The translations under genes were made by a program, and so were the position numbers. A stretch of 64,000 bases of DNA from Psilocybe cubensis (lineage: Eukaryota): the NCBI GenBank assembly GCA_017499595.2, contig CM039001.1, positions 2,914,001 to 2,978,000 on the forward strand, read 5' to 3'. Positions 1 to 13,203 of the stretch are shown here, piece by piece. Within the stretch, counting starts at the first letter, position 1, and the number at the start of each line of letters is the position of its first letter. Below the pieces are notes generated by a model, which saw nothing but the letters and a program-made list of their open reading frames with translations, searched no databases and had not been told where the DNA came from.

Positions 1-918
1 CTACATGAATAATGACTGAGGTAAGATTTTTTTTACTTATTGTTCACTTTTTTACTTACATATTTGTATCAGCTTGTTACTAGTTTTTTTACATCATTGG
101 CTATGGTTACTGTTTAACCTTGCATTCCTATATCAACAATTTGCCTTTCAAATATTTGAGGATTTTTGAAGAATCCTTGGAGGGCATATGTAGCAATTTG
201 AACAGATTGTGACTATTTTATTTTATTGTTTCTTTAGTTTTTAACTCATTCTAGACATGACACTTTGATTACTTTATCTTTGTCATTATCATTTTCCTCT
301 TACACTTTTCCACCTTAATATGTATCTACATCACTATGACCTTAAATTCCAAGTATTACTCCAGTACTCCAAAGTGTTTAGTATATATAAGTAGCTGTAA
401 AAGTGTACCTAGGAGAGACAACTTGAAATACAAACCCAAACATTTACGCTGTCTGGTTATCCACTTCCCTCTTACCTCTTATAATCATATCTTATCCCAT
501 GTGGCTGTACTTAGATTAATAAGCGTATCTGTATAAATTAGTCTGATTACTGTCATACTTCAACAACACATCAGTAGAGACATCTGAGAGCAGTGTAACA
601 AAAAAATGACAAGTCTGCATCTTTACTAATGCAAATGCATCAGTTCTTCAAGAATAGATCCTTGTAGTGGTTTTTTGAGACCAAATGGATTACTGTGTCT
701 GCATGTTTGCTGGACATCTGCTGGACAAACTCACATGACTACCTTGTCACATTGCATTTCAATATACATTGTGCGTGCTCTTGCGTGCTTTGTATATATA
801 CTCAATAATCCTAAAAACAACCCAATTCTAAACTACCTAATCCCAACCCTAGACTACCTAATCTAACTAACTAATTAATCCAACCCTAAAAAATAAAACA
901 AACTGCTAAAATATGGAA

Positions 919-1380
919 AGCACTGGAGTGGTAAGATTGAAACTAATAATAATTCCATTACTGCAGTGGTATAAGTTATGTAGACAATTTTACCACTTCA
1001 GTAGTACAAATCATATATACTGTTCTAGCACTTGAGTAATATAAGATACATTCAAAATGTTACTACTCCAGTGGTGTAGAAATTATAAAAGTAGTAACAA
1101 TTACTATTCTTAGCATTGTATTTCTTCTATCTGACATACTACTATAATCACTGCAGTAGTAGAATACAATAAGTCAATTTTAGCACTAAAGTGGTAAACT
1201 CCAATATATTAATTTTACCACTTTAGTACTGAGATTAACTTGCTATATTCTACCACTGAAGTGATCATATTTACATGCTATACTTGATTACTGGAGTGAT
1301 CAAATTTACATATCGGATTTGACCACTTCAGTGGTGAACCGGTAAAATCTAACATGTCAATTTTACTACCACGGTGGTCA
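919..1380. repeat. Degenerate 35-bp-period tandem array with a palindromic core (consensus ~TACCACTNNAGTGGTA); probable transposon subterminal repeats
   Basis: YACT core starts at 959, 994, 1029, 1064 and at 1149, 1184, 1219, 1254, 1289, 1324 (exact 35-bp steps), with outliers at 921 and 1367; spacers are AT-rich and divergent. Confidence 0.8.
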
Positions 1381-1790
1381 CATGGGTCACGTGCTGTCCG
1401 CCAGACACTCCATCCGGCAGATATTATGATTATCTAGTAAACTCGCTAGCCAGTCACGTCTAAGCCACTCACGTCTAAGCCACTCTTCCTGATTTCAAAT
1501 TGTTTGCCTCTTGTTGTGGCATTGTTTTGACTGCAAACATCAGGTGGACGTTGAATTTGAGAGTGGCTCAGACTGACTGGGCTAAACAAAGACCATTTGA
1601 CAGAACCCCCCCAGCGTGATGCTGACTTAGAAATATTTTGCATTGCGTCCTCAATGGACACTTCACCACCACAAAAAAAAAGTTCCCTCAGAGCACTATT
1701 CTAATAGCTTAGTTTGTCTCAAAAATGCAATTAGGATAGGTCATGAAAAAAAAAATTTTTTAGAAAAAATAGAAAATCATGTACTATAGG

Positions 1791-4700
1791 CTATCTACTT
1801 GACTCAGAAGACAAGTTTGAAGGATTTTGTTGGATAGGTAGCTGTGAAAATGACAGTGATTGTGTAAAATTGTTGGGTAGGTGTGGTGTAAGACTGGAAG
1901 TTGATTGAAAAGCATTGGGTCCCGGGCCTGATAGTGGAGAAATAAAAGATTGGAGATTGTAGATGCCAGCTCCATAATTTATTGGAAACAAATGATGGCT
2001 TAGGGTGCTGTACAACTGAGGGTAGTATTCATGCCAGTAAGGATAATTCATTGGATGAGGACTTGAAATGACATGGGGATAAGGTGAACTCGATGGCATG
2101 GGTACTAATGCAGGCAGCCTGACAGGTGTGGGAATCAACGTGATATTGTGACTCTGTTGATTGCCAGGGCATTTTGGTGTTCTCTCTTGAATACTCACTG
2201 CCTCTGCTATACTCACCGCAGCTTGCTTTTGAGGTCCCTTTTTGTCTTTTGGTTTGAGACCCATGGATTTGAATGGAAGACCTTTGATAAAGACAAGAAG
2301 TTTGTCACCATAAGGCCCAAACCAACCCCATCCTCCTCCAATTGCACACTCCAAACTGACTAGATTGTTAATAGGCTGCGCAACTAAAGATAACCACTCA
2401 ATAGCATTGTCACTAAGAAATCTTGAAGGCCCAAAAATTGCATCATCAAAGTTGCATGTCCAAATACAAGTGCACCATTTATTGAGACTGCTGACAGTAT
2501 CAGGGTTGACAGCCTCATAGACTACAGGTTTTTTATGTGGCGTAGATTTGGAAGTGGCGGAACAGGTGTGATTCAGCAGTTTGGGACAGCAGATGTCACA
2601 ACATAGAACCGTGGGCACTGTTTAGTTCATAGTAAGTTTTTCTGCTAATCCAAAAGAACACGTTTACTCGGTATCTCATTTTTATAGATCTGTGTAAGTA
2701 CATATTGGCAACATGTTGTTGTCTGTACCAGACTGTGTGCCCCTTTGTCAATACATCCAATGTCAACTGGTACAACAATGTTTGGTGCAATGTTGTCTGT
2801 CTGTCCGCCATACGCTCCACGTAAAACACCTCTTTTGACGGCATATTCTTTATTGTCAGACTTGGTGTAATTAGGTGACTGTTGTATGCTTTTTTTCTGT
2901 GATTTTGATGTAGAAACCTCACGTTCATCCTTGTCTAGGTCCATTTTGTATACTGACTTTTCAACCAGCAAAACTGTAAGGCCAGTACGGCCAGCGAGGG
3001 GTCCCTACCACTTATTTGATTCAACTTGGGCACTTGCCCTGCACACCTGTTTATATGGTGCCCATCTTTTTTAGATGCAAAATATATATCATTATAGGCC
3101 AAGCTATATCATAAATCTGTATCATAGCTGCCCAAATCTGTATCATAGCTACCCAAAGTTTGTATCATAGCCACCCAAATCTGTATCATAGCTGCCCAAA
3201 GCTTGTATCATTGATTTTAAAGCTATATCATTAATTTCCGGAGCTGCATCATTAATTGTCCAAGAGTTACATCATTCTTTTTTAAATTACTTAATGGCTG
3301 CATCATTCTTTCTAGATTACTTAATGAAATGATCTTGATGTCATTGATCTGATTAGAATTAGGCTTTGGACCATCATTGATGGACATGACATCATGCTCA
3401 ATTAGGGTCCTGGGCTTTTCCCTTTGCCTCGGCTCCTGGCTCTATAAATAGTGCTCATTCTATGCTACTTTTGGGCATTGCTGGCAATGGATTGGGCGCT
3501 TTTGGGGGCATTTCTGGACCGTTTCCCTTGGTTTTTTTTGGTAGACCTATAGTTTTAAAGTGTTCCAATTTGAATCTGAAATTAAAATTGCAATATCTTT
3601 ACCCATTCTTCTACAATTAAGCGTACAATGTTTTGGCCAAAAAGTGCACCTTGAATAGCACCCTCTAGGGGTTGGTATTCACCCTTTTGACCATTTCATT
3701 ATTTTTTATTTATGTTAGGCGGAGTGCATGCCAGGTTTCAGCTTAATTGGAGCAGTGAAACCTATTAAACTGGAATGTGCACCCTACCCCTCCTCCTACC
3801 CCTTGTATAAATGCCTTCCTGACCAGATAAATTTAGGCCCAGCTAGGTTTGGTTAGGCAAATACTATATCAATTTTTAGAGTCCTTAATCTCAATTAAAT
3901 TCCAAGATTGAAGGGTACCATTCTCTATTCCCTCCAGAAATTATATATTTTATTACAGGATAGAATGGACATCTCCAGTACACATAAGTATGTAAACCTG
4001 TCCTACACAGTACCAAAAACGCAATACATACCTTTGAAACATTCTAGATAAAGAAGAACACCTTGGTTATGAGGTCAACAAAAAGACATTAGGTTTCCAC
4101 CCTAATATGAGCATATCACCGCTTATACTTCACCAAAATCCTCATATTATACATCTACTGATAGCTATTACGGTCCTCTACATATTATATTCAGTGTGCT
4201 AAACAGCCAGAGCACCTCACAAAATGGTACAAGAAGAATAAGCAAAATTGTCTAAAAATAGCGAAAAGACAAAATATGATGGGCAGGATAACACCCAAAA
4301 AATACAAGAATAATACGGTTGTGTAGCCCCAAATGACACCTATCTGTGGTATATAGAATCATGGAAATCCGATGAGTATGAGCTGAGATATGTCAAAATG
4401 TATCTCGGAGAAAGACCAAAGAGGTGACCACAAACAAAGCATAAATAAAGGCCAATATCCATCCGGGTCTCTGATGGATTCTTCAACACCTTTCTTTCCA
4501 TATCTCAACAACCACTGGTCCGATGCACAACATCCTTAATGTTATGGAAAGCTACATTTTGGGGCTATACTATCCTGCTTTTATATTTTCTGATCATGAT
4601 CATTTATATATGGTAAATGCAAAAATACTGTGCATTTTGATGAAGAATGGTATTCCCTCTGCAGCATCTCATCTCATGGACGGATCTTTTTGCACCTGGA

Positions 4701-7212
4701 GAATGATAGTTAGGGGACAACTATAGGTATCTGTAGACATCAAGAATATGATTTACAAAGAAGTATTTGTAGAGATATGGCCTAATCAATAACCTACCAT
4801 ATCTGTCCTCATACCCCCCCTTGAATCAGTATGTTCCCTTGCTGCAGAGGGTTTTTAAGGGTAAATTTTGGACTCTATGTACTATTATTAGTAGATCTAC
4901 ATGTTTTGTAATGGTCTGAGAGCCCATCCTATGGTATAATAAAATACACAAGTTCTGGAGGGAGTGGGGGGTAGTACCCTTAAATCTTAGAATTGTACCA
5001 AGATTTTGGGCTCTAAAAATTGGTATGATAGACACCTACCCAGCCCTGGTTGGGCCTGAATTTATCTGATCAGGAAGGCATTTGTACAAGGGGTAGGAGG
5101 AGGGGTAGGGTGCACATCCTAGTTCAATAGGTTCCACTGCTCCAATTAAGCTAAAACTTGGCATGTACTCTGTCTAACATAAATAAAAAATAATGAAATG
5201 GTCAAAAGGGTGAATACCTACCCCTGGAGGGTGCTATTCAAGGTGCGCTTTTTGGCCAAAACATTGCACGCTTAATTGCACAATAATGAGTAAAGATATT
5301 GCAATTCTGATTTTAGATTTGGATTGGGACACTTTAAAACTATAGGTCTACCAAAAAAACCAAGGGAAACGGTCCAGAAATGCCCCCAAAAGCACCCAAT
5401 CCATTGCCAGCAATGCACAAAAGTAGCATAGGATGAGCTCTATTTATAGAGCTAGGGGCCGAGGCAAAGGGAAAAGCCCAGGACCCTAATTGAGCATGAT
5501 GTCATGTCCATCAATGATGGTCCAAAGCCTAATTCTAATCAGATCAATGACATCAAGATCATTTCATTAAGTAATCTAGAAAGAATGATGCAGCCATTAA
5601 GTAATTTAAAAAAGAATGATGTAGCTCTTGGACAATTAATGATGCAGCTCCGGAAATTAATGATATAGCTTTAAAATCAATGATATAAGCTTTGGGCAGC
5701 TATGATACAGATTTGGGTGGCTATGATACAAACTTTGGGTAGCTATGATACAGATTTGGGCAGCTATGATACAGATTTATGATATAGCTTGGCCTATAAT
5801 GATATATATTTTGCATCTAAAAAAGATGGGCACCATATAAACAGGTGTGCAGGGCAAGTGCCCAAGTTATATTAAATAAAGTGGTAGATACTAGTGGGCC
5901 AGCTTCTTGTGCTGCTTGGCCAGCGCATTGAACAAATGAGGATACAGTTGCCATCAGCTTTCATTGAACAACAATATCAATATCAGGTATGTTGCATCCC
6001 TATTTTTATAATCATATTAGAAAAATCATTGGAATATAGAATATGCAAGCACGTACTATTCTAGCAGCATCTGTACAAATAAGAATACAAATGCTCCCAG
6101 CTTTGAACAACTCCATGAGCAAATCACAACATTCTTGTGAAAGTGCTGCGTTATACAGACGGACAAGACCCTGTTGTTGCAATGCCATTGGTAAGAGACC
6201 ATCCAAATAGTCAATCATGTCAAACCCTATTGATAAACTATCTGCATACACAAAGGCTTTTGGAATTTGGTTGGCCTGTTGACAGCCTTTTTTGGGAATA
6301 AGAAAATTGAGATTGCTATAGGTATACATTGAGTTTTTTAGTGCTTGAACAACAAGCAACACATTTGGGTAATTATTTCTGAGATTAAGATAGTTAATAT
6401 GGTGTGGATTAAACTAAAGTTTGGATATTACATCTTTTCATACATACTCGGAAAGAGTGGCTGACATTGCAACAAATAGAGTGCGTTTAGGGAGAAGTGC
6501 ACGAAGAGTTCCCAGAGTTCCATACTGTTTGCGAAATCCAAAACCCCAATGCAAGACAATGTATGCTTCATCAATGACCACCGACAAGATTCGCCTCCCA
6601 AATTCTGACTTCCATATAATATTTTTGATAAACCTTTTTGAAAGCAGCATTTTGGGTGAGATGATAATAATCTCCCATCATCCAACCATAATATCCTTAT
6701 TGATATGCTTTAGAATAGTCAAAATAGTGTTAAATTTAATTGGAAACTCACATTCATGACACTTTTAGTGCAGCCACCATTCTTTGCACTGTTTATTGCA
6801 ATCAATTCCAGACCAAACTCATTTTAAAATGTTTTGGCCTAGAGTCAGAAGTAAGTAAAAATGCACAGAATATATTAAACATAGCACAACATACCTGCTC
6901 TTCCTAGAGAGCAATTAACAGTGATACCATTATTGTTACTCTTCCTTTCATTTTCTTGTGTGCATGGGGTCCCGCCGCAATAGCAGTCTTTTCCAAGCCA
7001 GTTCCAGCATGAATAAAAACATTTTTACATTTGAGCTGAGTAGTAATGGCCTGAATCTGAAAATCACGAGATTCGTGTGCCCAGCAAAATTTGTCTTTGA
7101 TTTTTTGAGCAAAATCACATAGTTCTTCTGCTTTTAATAGTTGCCAGATCTTAATGGAGGATTTTTGATGTTTTCTATGAGTGTTCTTGCTCAGAGAGCT
7201 TCAAGGGAGCAT
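1791..7212 (-). pseudogene. RecQ-like superfamily II helicase of the AcademH-like element, with stops and frameshifts, split by the 2996-5896 insertion
   Basis: Motif I HAGTGL(E)KT (~7000); VVIDEAY and HWGFGFRKQYGTLG, AMSATL (ORF 6438-6650); ILICTDAA (ORF 6012-6362); GCNIPDIDIVVQ and motif VI remnant AGQAAQEAGRTGL across the insertion; C-terminal CCDIC zinc-binding remnant (ORF 1791-2618). Confidence 0.85.
2996..5896. mobile_element. Non-autonomous foldback/TIR element with ~0.9-kb inverted arms and a 7-bp TSD
   Basis: Arms 3005-~3955 and ~4935-5887 are reverse complements; GGCCAGC at 2989-2995 and 5897-5903; removing the element restores the helicase reading frame; internal ~20-bp tandem repeats (ATCTGTATCATAGCTGCCCAA) near 3105-3210 and their mirror. 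Confidence 0.85.
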
Positions 7213-9300
7213 GGTAAACAACAGAAAGCAACTGGTTAATGAAGATAAAGAAAATAAAACCAGCCTTCATAAGCACACTCGCCATTGATCGACACCCCTA
7301 ATTTCAAGTTTAGACACCTTTTTACTTCACAAACTTTGCTCATGTCCAGCTCGCCTAATCTCAATTTACTGTCAGATAGTGCTACTTCTGAAATACAACC
7401 CCTAGCATTGTTTATTCCTGATACAAATGTGGAATTACAACAATTGCCTCCCCAATTACCAACCGCCGACTTTTCAAACTCTAGCAATTTGGCCTCAACA
7501 GAAACGGAACTGTCTGAGCCGGAGAACAACATACAGAACCATCTTCTTAGCTCAGTCAGCATTATTAAATCAAGCCTATGTGTAGGGCCAAATGCGGTTG
7601 CCATTGTATATGGAAAGAACATCAAAAATGTGCTTGGACAATTGCTCTCCAAAGAAATATGAGCAATGAACAGGCTCTAAAAGAAAAACATGACATACTC
7701 AAAGGCATTTTGGACTCTCTTCATGGACACGGCCTTACCATCTGGGATTTCATGGAATATATTTTCCATCCCAAGAGCAAAAAACGTGCAATTTAATGGC
7801 AAGACTTCTTTTCTACTGCTTCAAATGTTTGCACGCTATTGGATTGGTAGGCTGGTTCCACCAATAGTCATGCAGGCCGCAAAATTGTGCGTAAATGGAT
7901 TCAAAACTATGTGGAGGAAATCATCAAACGGGAGGCGCGACGGATAACAAGGCGTAAGCACCTTCAAACAATGAATAAAAAAATTGATAGTGTGTTTGCC
8001 TCCACTTTTACATTTGCACATTTACATGATGTGCTCATTACCGAAGCACCATTCATGATGCTTGCTTTAAAGGCTATGTTGACTTTGCCTCATGCAAACA
8101 TGAAGCATACAAAAAAGCGGAAAAAGAGGACCCAAATGGTAAGCTTCAACACAACTGAATAGAAAGTTTGACCTCACCGAGTTCTAGGTAATCACATCAA
8201 CTGCATTGGCATGTCTGGGAGAGTATAGTCATGCCAATAATCTGTCGAAGAGATTGATAGCACTTTATATGTATGCTACAGGCGCACAACATCAAGCCAT
8301 GACTGTGCTGTCAACTCTTGGAATATGCAAAAGCTATGACAATTTAATATCAAAAAATTGTAAATGGATACGAGCCCGTAAACACAAACAGTTATCACAG
8401 AATAATAATACTGAATTAATGCCTGCTACTACCAATGCACAACCACAAAGCAAGGCACCACCAACCGGCACACTCTACCAACTTTTAAAATGTATGCGCA
8501 AAGAAATATGTCAAATTGCAGCTACTGGACTCTTTTAGTCTGTTTACAATAATGTGAATGTTGATATGCAGAATGCTGAAGATATTATCGGCCGGCATAG
8601 TAAGCATACATGTTAAATTGTCCAGGACCAACAGTACTCATAATAAAGGTTAGACACATAAAAAAATGAAATCTGCGCAACCGTGATTCCTCTGTTTGAT
8701 GCTAAAGAAGAAGATTTAAAAGTCTCCGTTCTTTGAGAAGCATTTTTAAACGCACCTACACTATCCATCACGGATGTGGTGCACTCAAAATGCAAGTGCC
8801 AGATGTTCAAGTTATGTCTTGAATTTACAATTCTCTGAATTATTGTGAAACAGGGCAGAGCAGGGTTTGAGTGCTTCAAGGTTGACCTTGAGAAAGCTCA
8901 GCCTGTAACCCCACTAAAAATCAAAACCCACCAGTCTACACTCTATCTGTTACCTGCTTGGCCTATTGATGAGTCTTCAATCACTGGAAATGCAGAGGTT
9001 GTTGAGGCAATCTATAACAAGCTTCAACTGGAAAATGTACCTAAAGCAGAGGAACGAGTCCAATTTTTGGCAGGAGATCAATTATTGATTGCATGCCTGC
9101 AAGCGCTGGAAGGTCTTAGAGCTGGATACAAAGTGGCAGACAGTCACTATTTTTGGGGGCATGGGTTCCAGGATTATTTCACGCAAAAATTGCAGATGCA
9201 GTTGGAATTCTGCTCACCCATTTTAAAAAATCCAACACAGCTATACAAGACCCAAATTTTCTGTGGTTCCACAATACTTGCCTCAACCGCCTACCCATTA

Positions 9301-10843
9301 CAGTGGGCAAAAAAACCGTTTGAGTGTTGGTCACGTATGAAAAGATTAATTTATAACTTTGAAATTAAAAATGTTAAAAATATGAGATTATTCACAGATA
9401 TACTATATGGTGTTAGCTAAAGGATGACATACTGATCATGTGATTTGTCCAAGAATTGACCAAACAGCAGCATACACAATTTGCTAAGTCATTCGAACAG
9501 TTTTTTTGCTAGTAATTTAAATGCTATAAACTATGTATTATCACATAACTTTGTTGATATACCAAACAACTATCAATAAAATCATGTGACTACATGTTGA
9601 ATAGGTATATAATAGCTACAACCAACCTCTTTATCCCCCCAATCAAGCATGAAACCCCTCTCTAAAGCAACCATTGCTACTATTGTTTCTCTTCTTACTT
9701 CTGGTCACTCATATGCCTCTATCAAGGCCCAGACTGGAGCTAGTGCTGGTTCTATCACCAAGATTTGCCAAGACTACTGTCCTGAGGCAGTGGTTTCCCA
9801 TGGAGGATGCCCAAAGAAGCTGACTGGTGCCAATATCACCTATACCAAGCGTGGAATTCGAACTAGACAAATCAAGAATGCTGTGCAAGCTGCCAAGTCT
9901 CTGGCTACTATTAATGGCCAGAATATCAGTCCTCAAACAGTTATAAATGCACTCAAATCAACTGGCATAGTTTGCAGAAAAGCACTTGGAGTGGACTGTG
10001 GATGACTGGGCAAGGGTCTAGTGGTCAGATGAGACCAAAATCAACAGATTGGGTTCAGATGGCAGAGATCAGGTGTGGATAGACAAGGAAAACAGACAGG
10101 ACCCCAGGAGGATCAAGCAAACTGTGAAGTTTGGAGGAAGAAACTTGATGATGTGGGGTTGTATGGGATGGGAAGGAATTGGATTTGCCACTAGAATTGA
10201 TGGAAAGATGGATGCTCAGTTATACATTGAGATCCTAGGTAATGAGCTCCTAAAATCCTTAGAGTGGTATGGTCAACAGGTAGAAGATATCCACTTTCAG
10301 CAAGACAATGACCCAAAGCACACCTCAAAATTGGCCAAGAAATGGTTTGAAGAGCAGAATTTTAGGGTCCGCATATGGCCTGCACAATCTCCAGATCTCA
10401 ACCCCATTAAACATCTATGGGAATACCTCAAAAGAAGACTTAATGAACATGAAGTCCTACCAAAGGGTATCCATGAACTTTGGGAGAGGGTTGAGAAGGA
10501 ATAGAATGGAATACCCAAAGAAGTGGTGCAGAATTTGATTGCTAGCATGCCTAGAAGGTGTGCAGCAGTGATTAAGGCCAAGGGTGGACATACAAAGTAC
10601 TAGTAGATATGATTTATTGATACTCAAGTGTTTAGCAAAAAAATTGTTCGAATGACTTAGCAAACTGTATATGCTCCTGTTTGGTCAATTCTTGGAAAAA
10701 TCACATAATCAGTGTGCCATCCTTTAGCTAATACCCTCTAGTATACCTGTGAATAATCTCATATTTTTAACATTTTTAATTTCAAAGTTATAAATTAATC
10801 TTTTCATACGTAACCAATACTCGAACGGTTTTTTTGCCCACTG
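9301..10843 (+). mobile_element. Tc1/mariner (DD34E-type) transposon, decayed
   Basis: TIRs ~210 bp beginning CAGTGGGCAAAAAAACCG and ending CGGTTTTTTTGCCCACTG; TA TSD at 9299-9300 and 10844-10845; internal transposase remnant. Confidence 0.95.
9649..10603 (+). pseudogene. Tc1-family transposase pseudogene
   Basis: HTH-like N-terminus (ORF 9649-10005); WSDETK, TVKFGG..MMWGC, FQQDNDPKH, WPAQSPDLNPIKHLW (catalytic E replaced by K), KAKGGHTKY; internal stops and an apparent deletion. Confidence 0.9.
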
Positions 10844-12327
10844 TATGCTCACGTCACTGCCTACATTCCGAAAATGCCGTAATTTGATTTTTGTGTTGCT
10901 TTATGCACATGTACTTCATTGCTTGCTGCTTGTTTCAAAATGCCAAAGCCTAGAGGAATATCTTGCCAAGTATGGACAGTGGAAACAGTTAAAAACTCAC
11001 ACAAAAATGATATTTGAGCAGTTTTTAAGCTCATTGCGTATAGACAAGATGAGAAGCTCAGAGAGTTCAGACATGGTACTAGAGAACACTATTTTATTCA
11101 TGCGCAACACATTGATTTCACGTGAGTTCACAGATGCAATTAAAGCTGGAAATTCAGGCCAAGTAATTCTGGTTCTAAAAATATGGACATTGAGTTATTG
11201 AGGGAGCAGTCATACCAAATACGCATACAAAATGCTGCATCTTATCCACTCACTCAAAAAGGTGTGGCCAAAGCCAATTTGCAACATTGTCTTGAAAAAT
11301 TGGTTGCTAAATATAACCAGGAGCAACAATGGTTTTATTGAGGTTAATCTTGCCCAAGAACATCTAAACTACTAGATCAAGGTAAGCAGCGGCATTACAA
11401 TAATGTTATCTGTGTTACTCACAGCATTTTTGCAGACCGCATATAAGACCCATGGCTCCAATGCTTTATAGGAATGGATAGACACGCTTGCACCAACAAT
11501 TGAGGTCTTGAGAGGAATTACACAGAATTTTAATGATGTGATTGGAGCAAATCAGGGTTCAAGACATGCACCTCCAGACCTAACAAATAATATCTCATGT
11601 TTAATGGAAAGCCTTGAAGAACACCGGGTCTACCATTACACAAAGGGTCGTACTCTAGGTCAAAATACAGGTGGTACTATCAAGGATATTATTGCTGAGG
11701 GGATGCATATCCTTACAAAAGGAAAGAAAATACCACTCACAGACTATAACAAAGCCTTTCAAAAGCTCCAAAAGCAACAACAACTGTGGTCTATGGCTGA
11801 TCAAGCACTTCAACTATTCCCATCTACCCCACCTGATACAAAGCCTAATGTCAGAGTGCTTTCAACAACTCCATTCCACCCTCTCACACCCATTCAACCT
11901 ATTTCCAGTGCCCAGGAGTGCATATGCAAAGAGGAGACTATGGTGGATACACGTGGAGAACCTGAAGAGGAAGAAAAAACCAAATTTGAGAGGCTGTTAG
12001 ATGAAGTAGAGCAAGGAGAGAAAAACTTAACTTTACCTCACATTTTTGAGGAAGATGTTTCTTTTGATATGAATGAGGTCTTTGTTGATGAAGGAAAAGA
12101 TGAGGAGGAATTGAGCAAGAGTGAATACAACGACTAGTAGGTACATAATTGTGTTGAAGGAGGGGCAAGATAACATTGGTTTTACTATAACAACCATAGC
12201 GGTAGATCACGTTAATTCCACTAAGTCCGCTGTCACAAAAGTGTGACCCTGCCAAATAGTGTTCGTTTAGCCCAGCCGTTTCTGACAAAACTTTTCAGAC
12301 TTTGAAAATGAGATTAGTCAGAAACGG

Positions 12328-13173
12328 TAATCTTGGCTCCAGATGTTCAGGAGAGCTCTGGCGGAGAATAAAAGCAAAGTCAAAAATTCTGACAAAAACT
12401 GTTGCAAATTGCTCTCCATAACATCTGGTGCAATTGCGTCAGTAGAGATGCGGACAGCCCCTTTTGTCACATCAGTCACATTCTCACCTCCCTTTTTATT
12501 GCTCAATCAATGCTCCTCATACTTCCCGTTCTCCTTGTTAATATACAATTTACTCACCAATAATCACTCTTAGACTTACTGGATGACAATAAATACAATA
12601 TTATTTGATTTCACTGCAATCTAATTAAGCTAGCCTTATTTTGACGTCTTGTTGCATCCGCTCCTAACTGACAATTATTCAAGGAGTGTGCAATGTGAAC
12701 TCGCAGAGTAAGTACCCCGCTTGGTAATGCTGCAATATCAAATCTTTGCTTTCTGCCCTAATTCTACTGTCCCATTCAGCCTAAGTATATTAGATCTTCA
12801 CACATAACACTTGAGGTTGCCTGTACATGGGCTAGAGCCATAGAAGTCTTCCAGCAGAAATTTTATGACATTTTCAGTGGCAACTGGGCACTTTGCATAC
12901 TTGAGATTATAGATATTGTAAGATATAATATTTAAGCAAAGAGAACTGTTGTCCTTCAACAAAAAATCCTGGCTTAGACGGTGTCAAGTCGATGCATGAG
13001 CACAGCGTGATATGTCTGCATCTTTACTGATGCAATTAGACCAGACGTTATAGGGCACATCTCCCCAATCAAATTTTGCAGAATTTTTGACTCCAACTTT
13101 GATCTCCGCCTATTAGTCCCGGGCCTCTTGCAGGAGGGGAGATTGTGCCCTATAGCGGATGGGAACGAGACTA
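12328..13173 (-). mobile_element. Non-autonomous Academ-type element, family X copy 1 (846 bp)
   Basis: Ends TAATCTTGG...CGAGACTA; 9-bp TSD CAGAAACGG (12319-12327) / CAAAAACGG (13174-13182); reverse complement of 14269-15115. Confidence 0.8.
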
Positions 13174-13203
13174 CAAAAACGGCTGGGTACGAGCCTAATT
13201 ATC

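Larger units (their letters stand above)
7342..12137 (+). pseudogene. DUF6589-like / Academ-type transposase pseudogene, interrupted by a Tc1 element
   Basis: Fragments LYMYATGAQHQAMTVLSTLG, PAWPIDESSITGN, FLAGDQL, NRLPI|MLTSLPTFRKCRNLIFV (joined across the Tc1), FTDAIKAGNSG, GFIEVNLAQEHLNY*IK, QGSRHAPPDL; many premature stops. Confidence 0.75.
1438..13197. mobile_element. AcademH-like DNA transposon (decayed, with nested insertions)
   Basis: Termini TAAACTCGCTAGCCAG (1438) and CTGGGTACGAGCCTA (13183-13197) are imperfect inverted repeats; 9-bp direct repeat ATTATCTAG at 1429-1437 and 13198-13206; subterminal inverted repeat ~1567-1630 / ~12223-12287; encloses a RecQ-like helicase and a DUF6589-type transposase in divergent orientation. 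Confidence 0.8.

Noticed and set aside
280-570. Possible solo LTR (TATATATAAG, ends ...CAACA)
   Set aside because: No partner copy or clear TSD in the window
820-892. Telomere-like CCCTAA/CCTAA motifs
   Set aside because: Scattered and non-tandem within AT-rich decayed repeat DNA; not a telomere tract
919-1380. CRISPR-like repeat-spacer array
   Set aside because: Eukaryotic context, no cas genes, and the repeats are degenerate and short (~16 bp) with ~19-bp spacers
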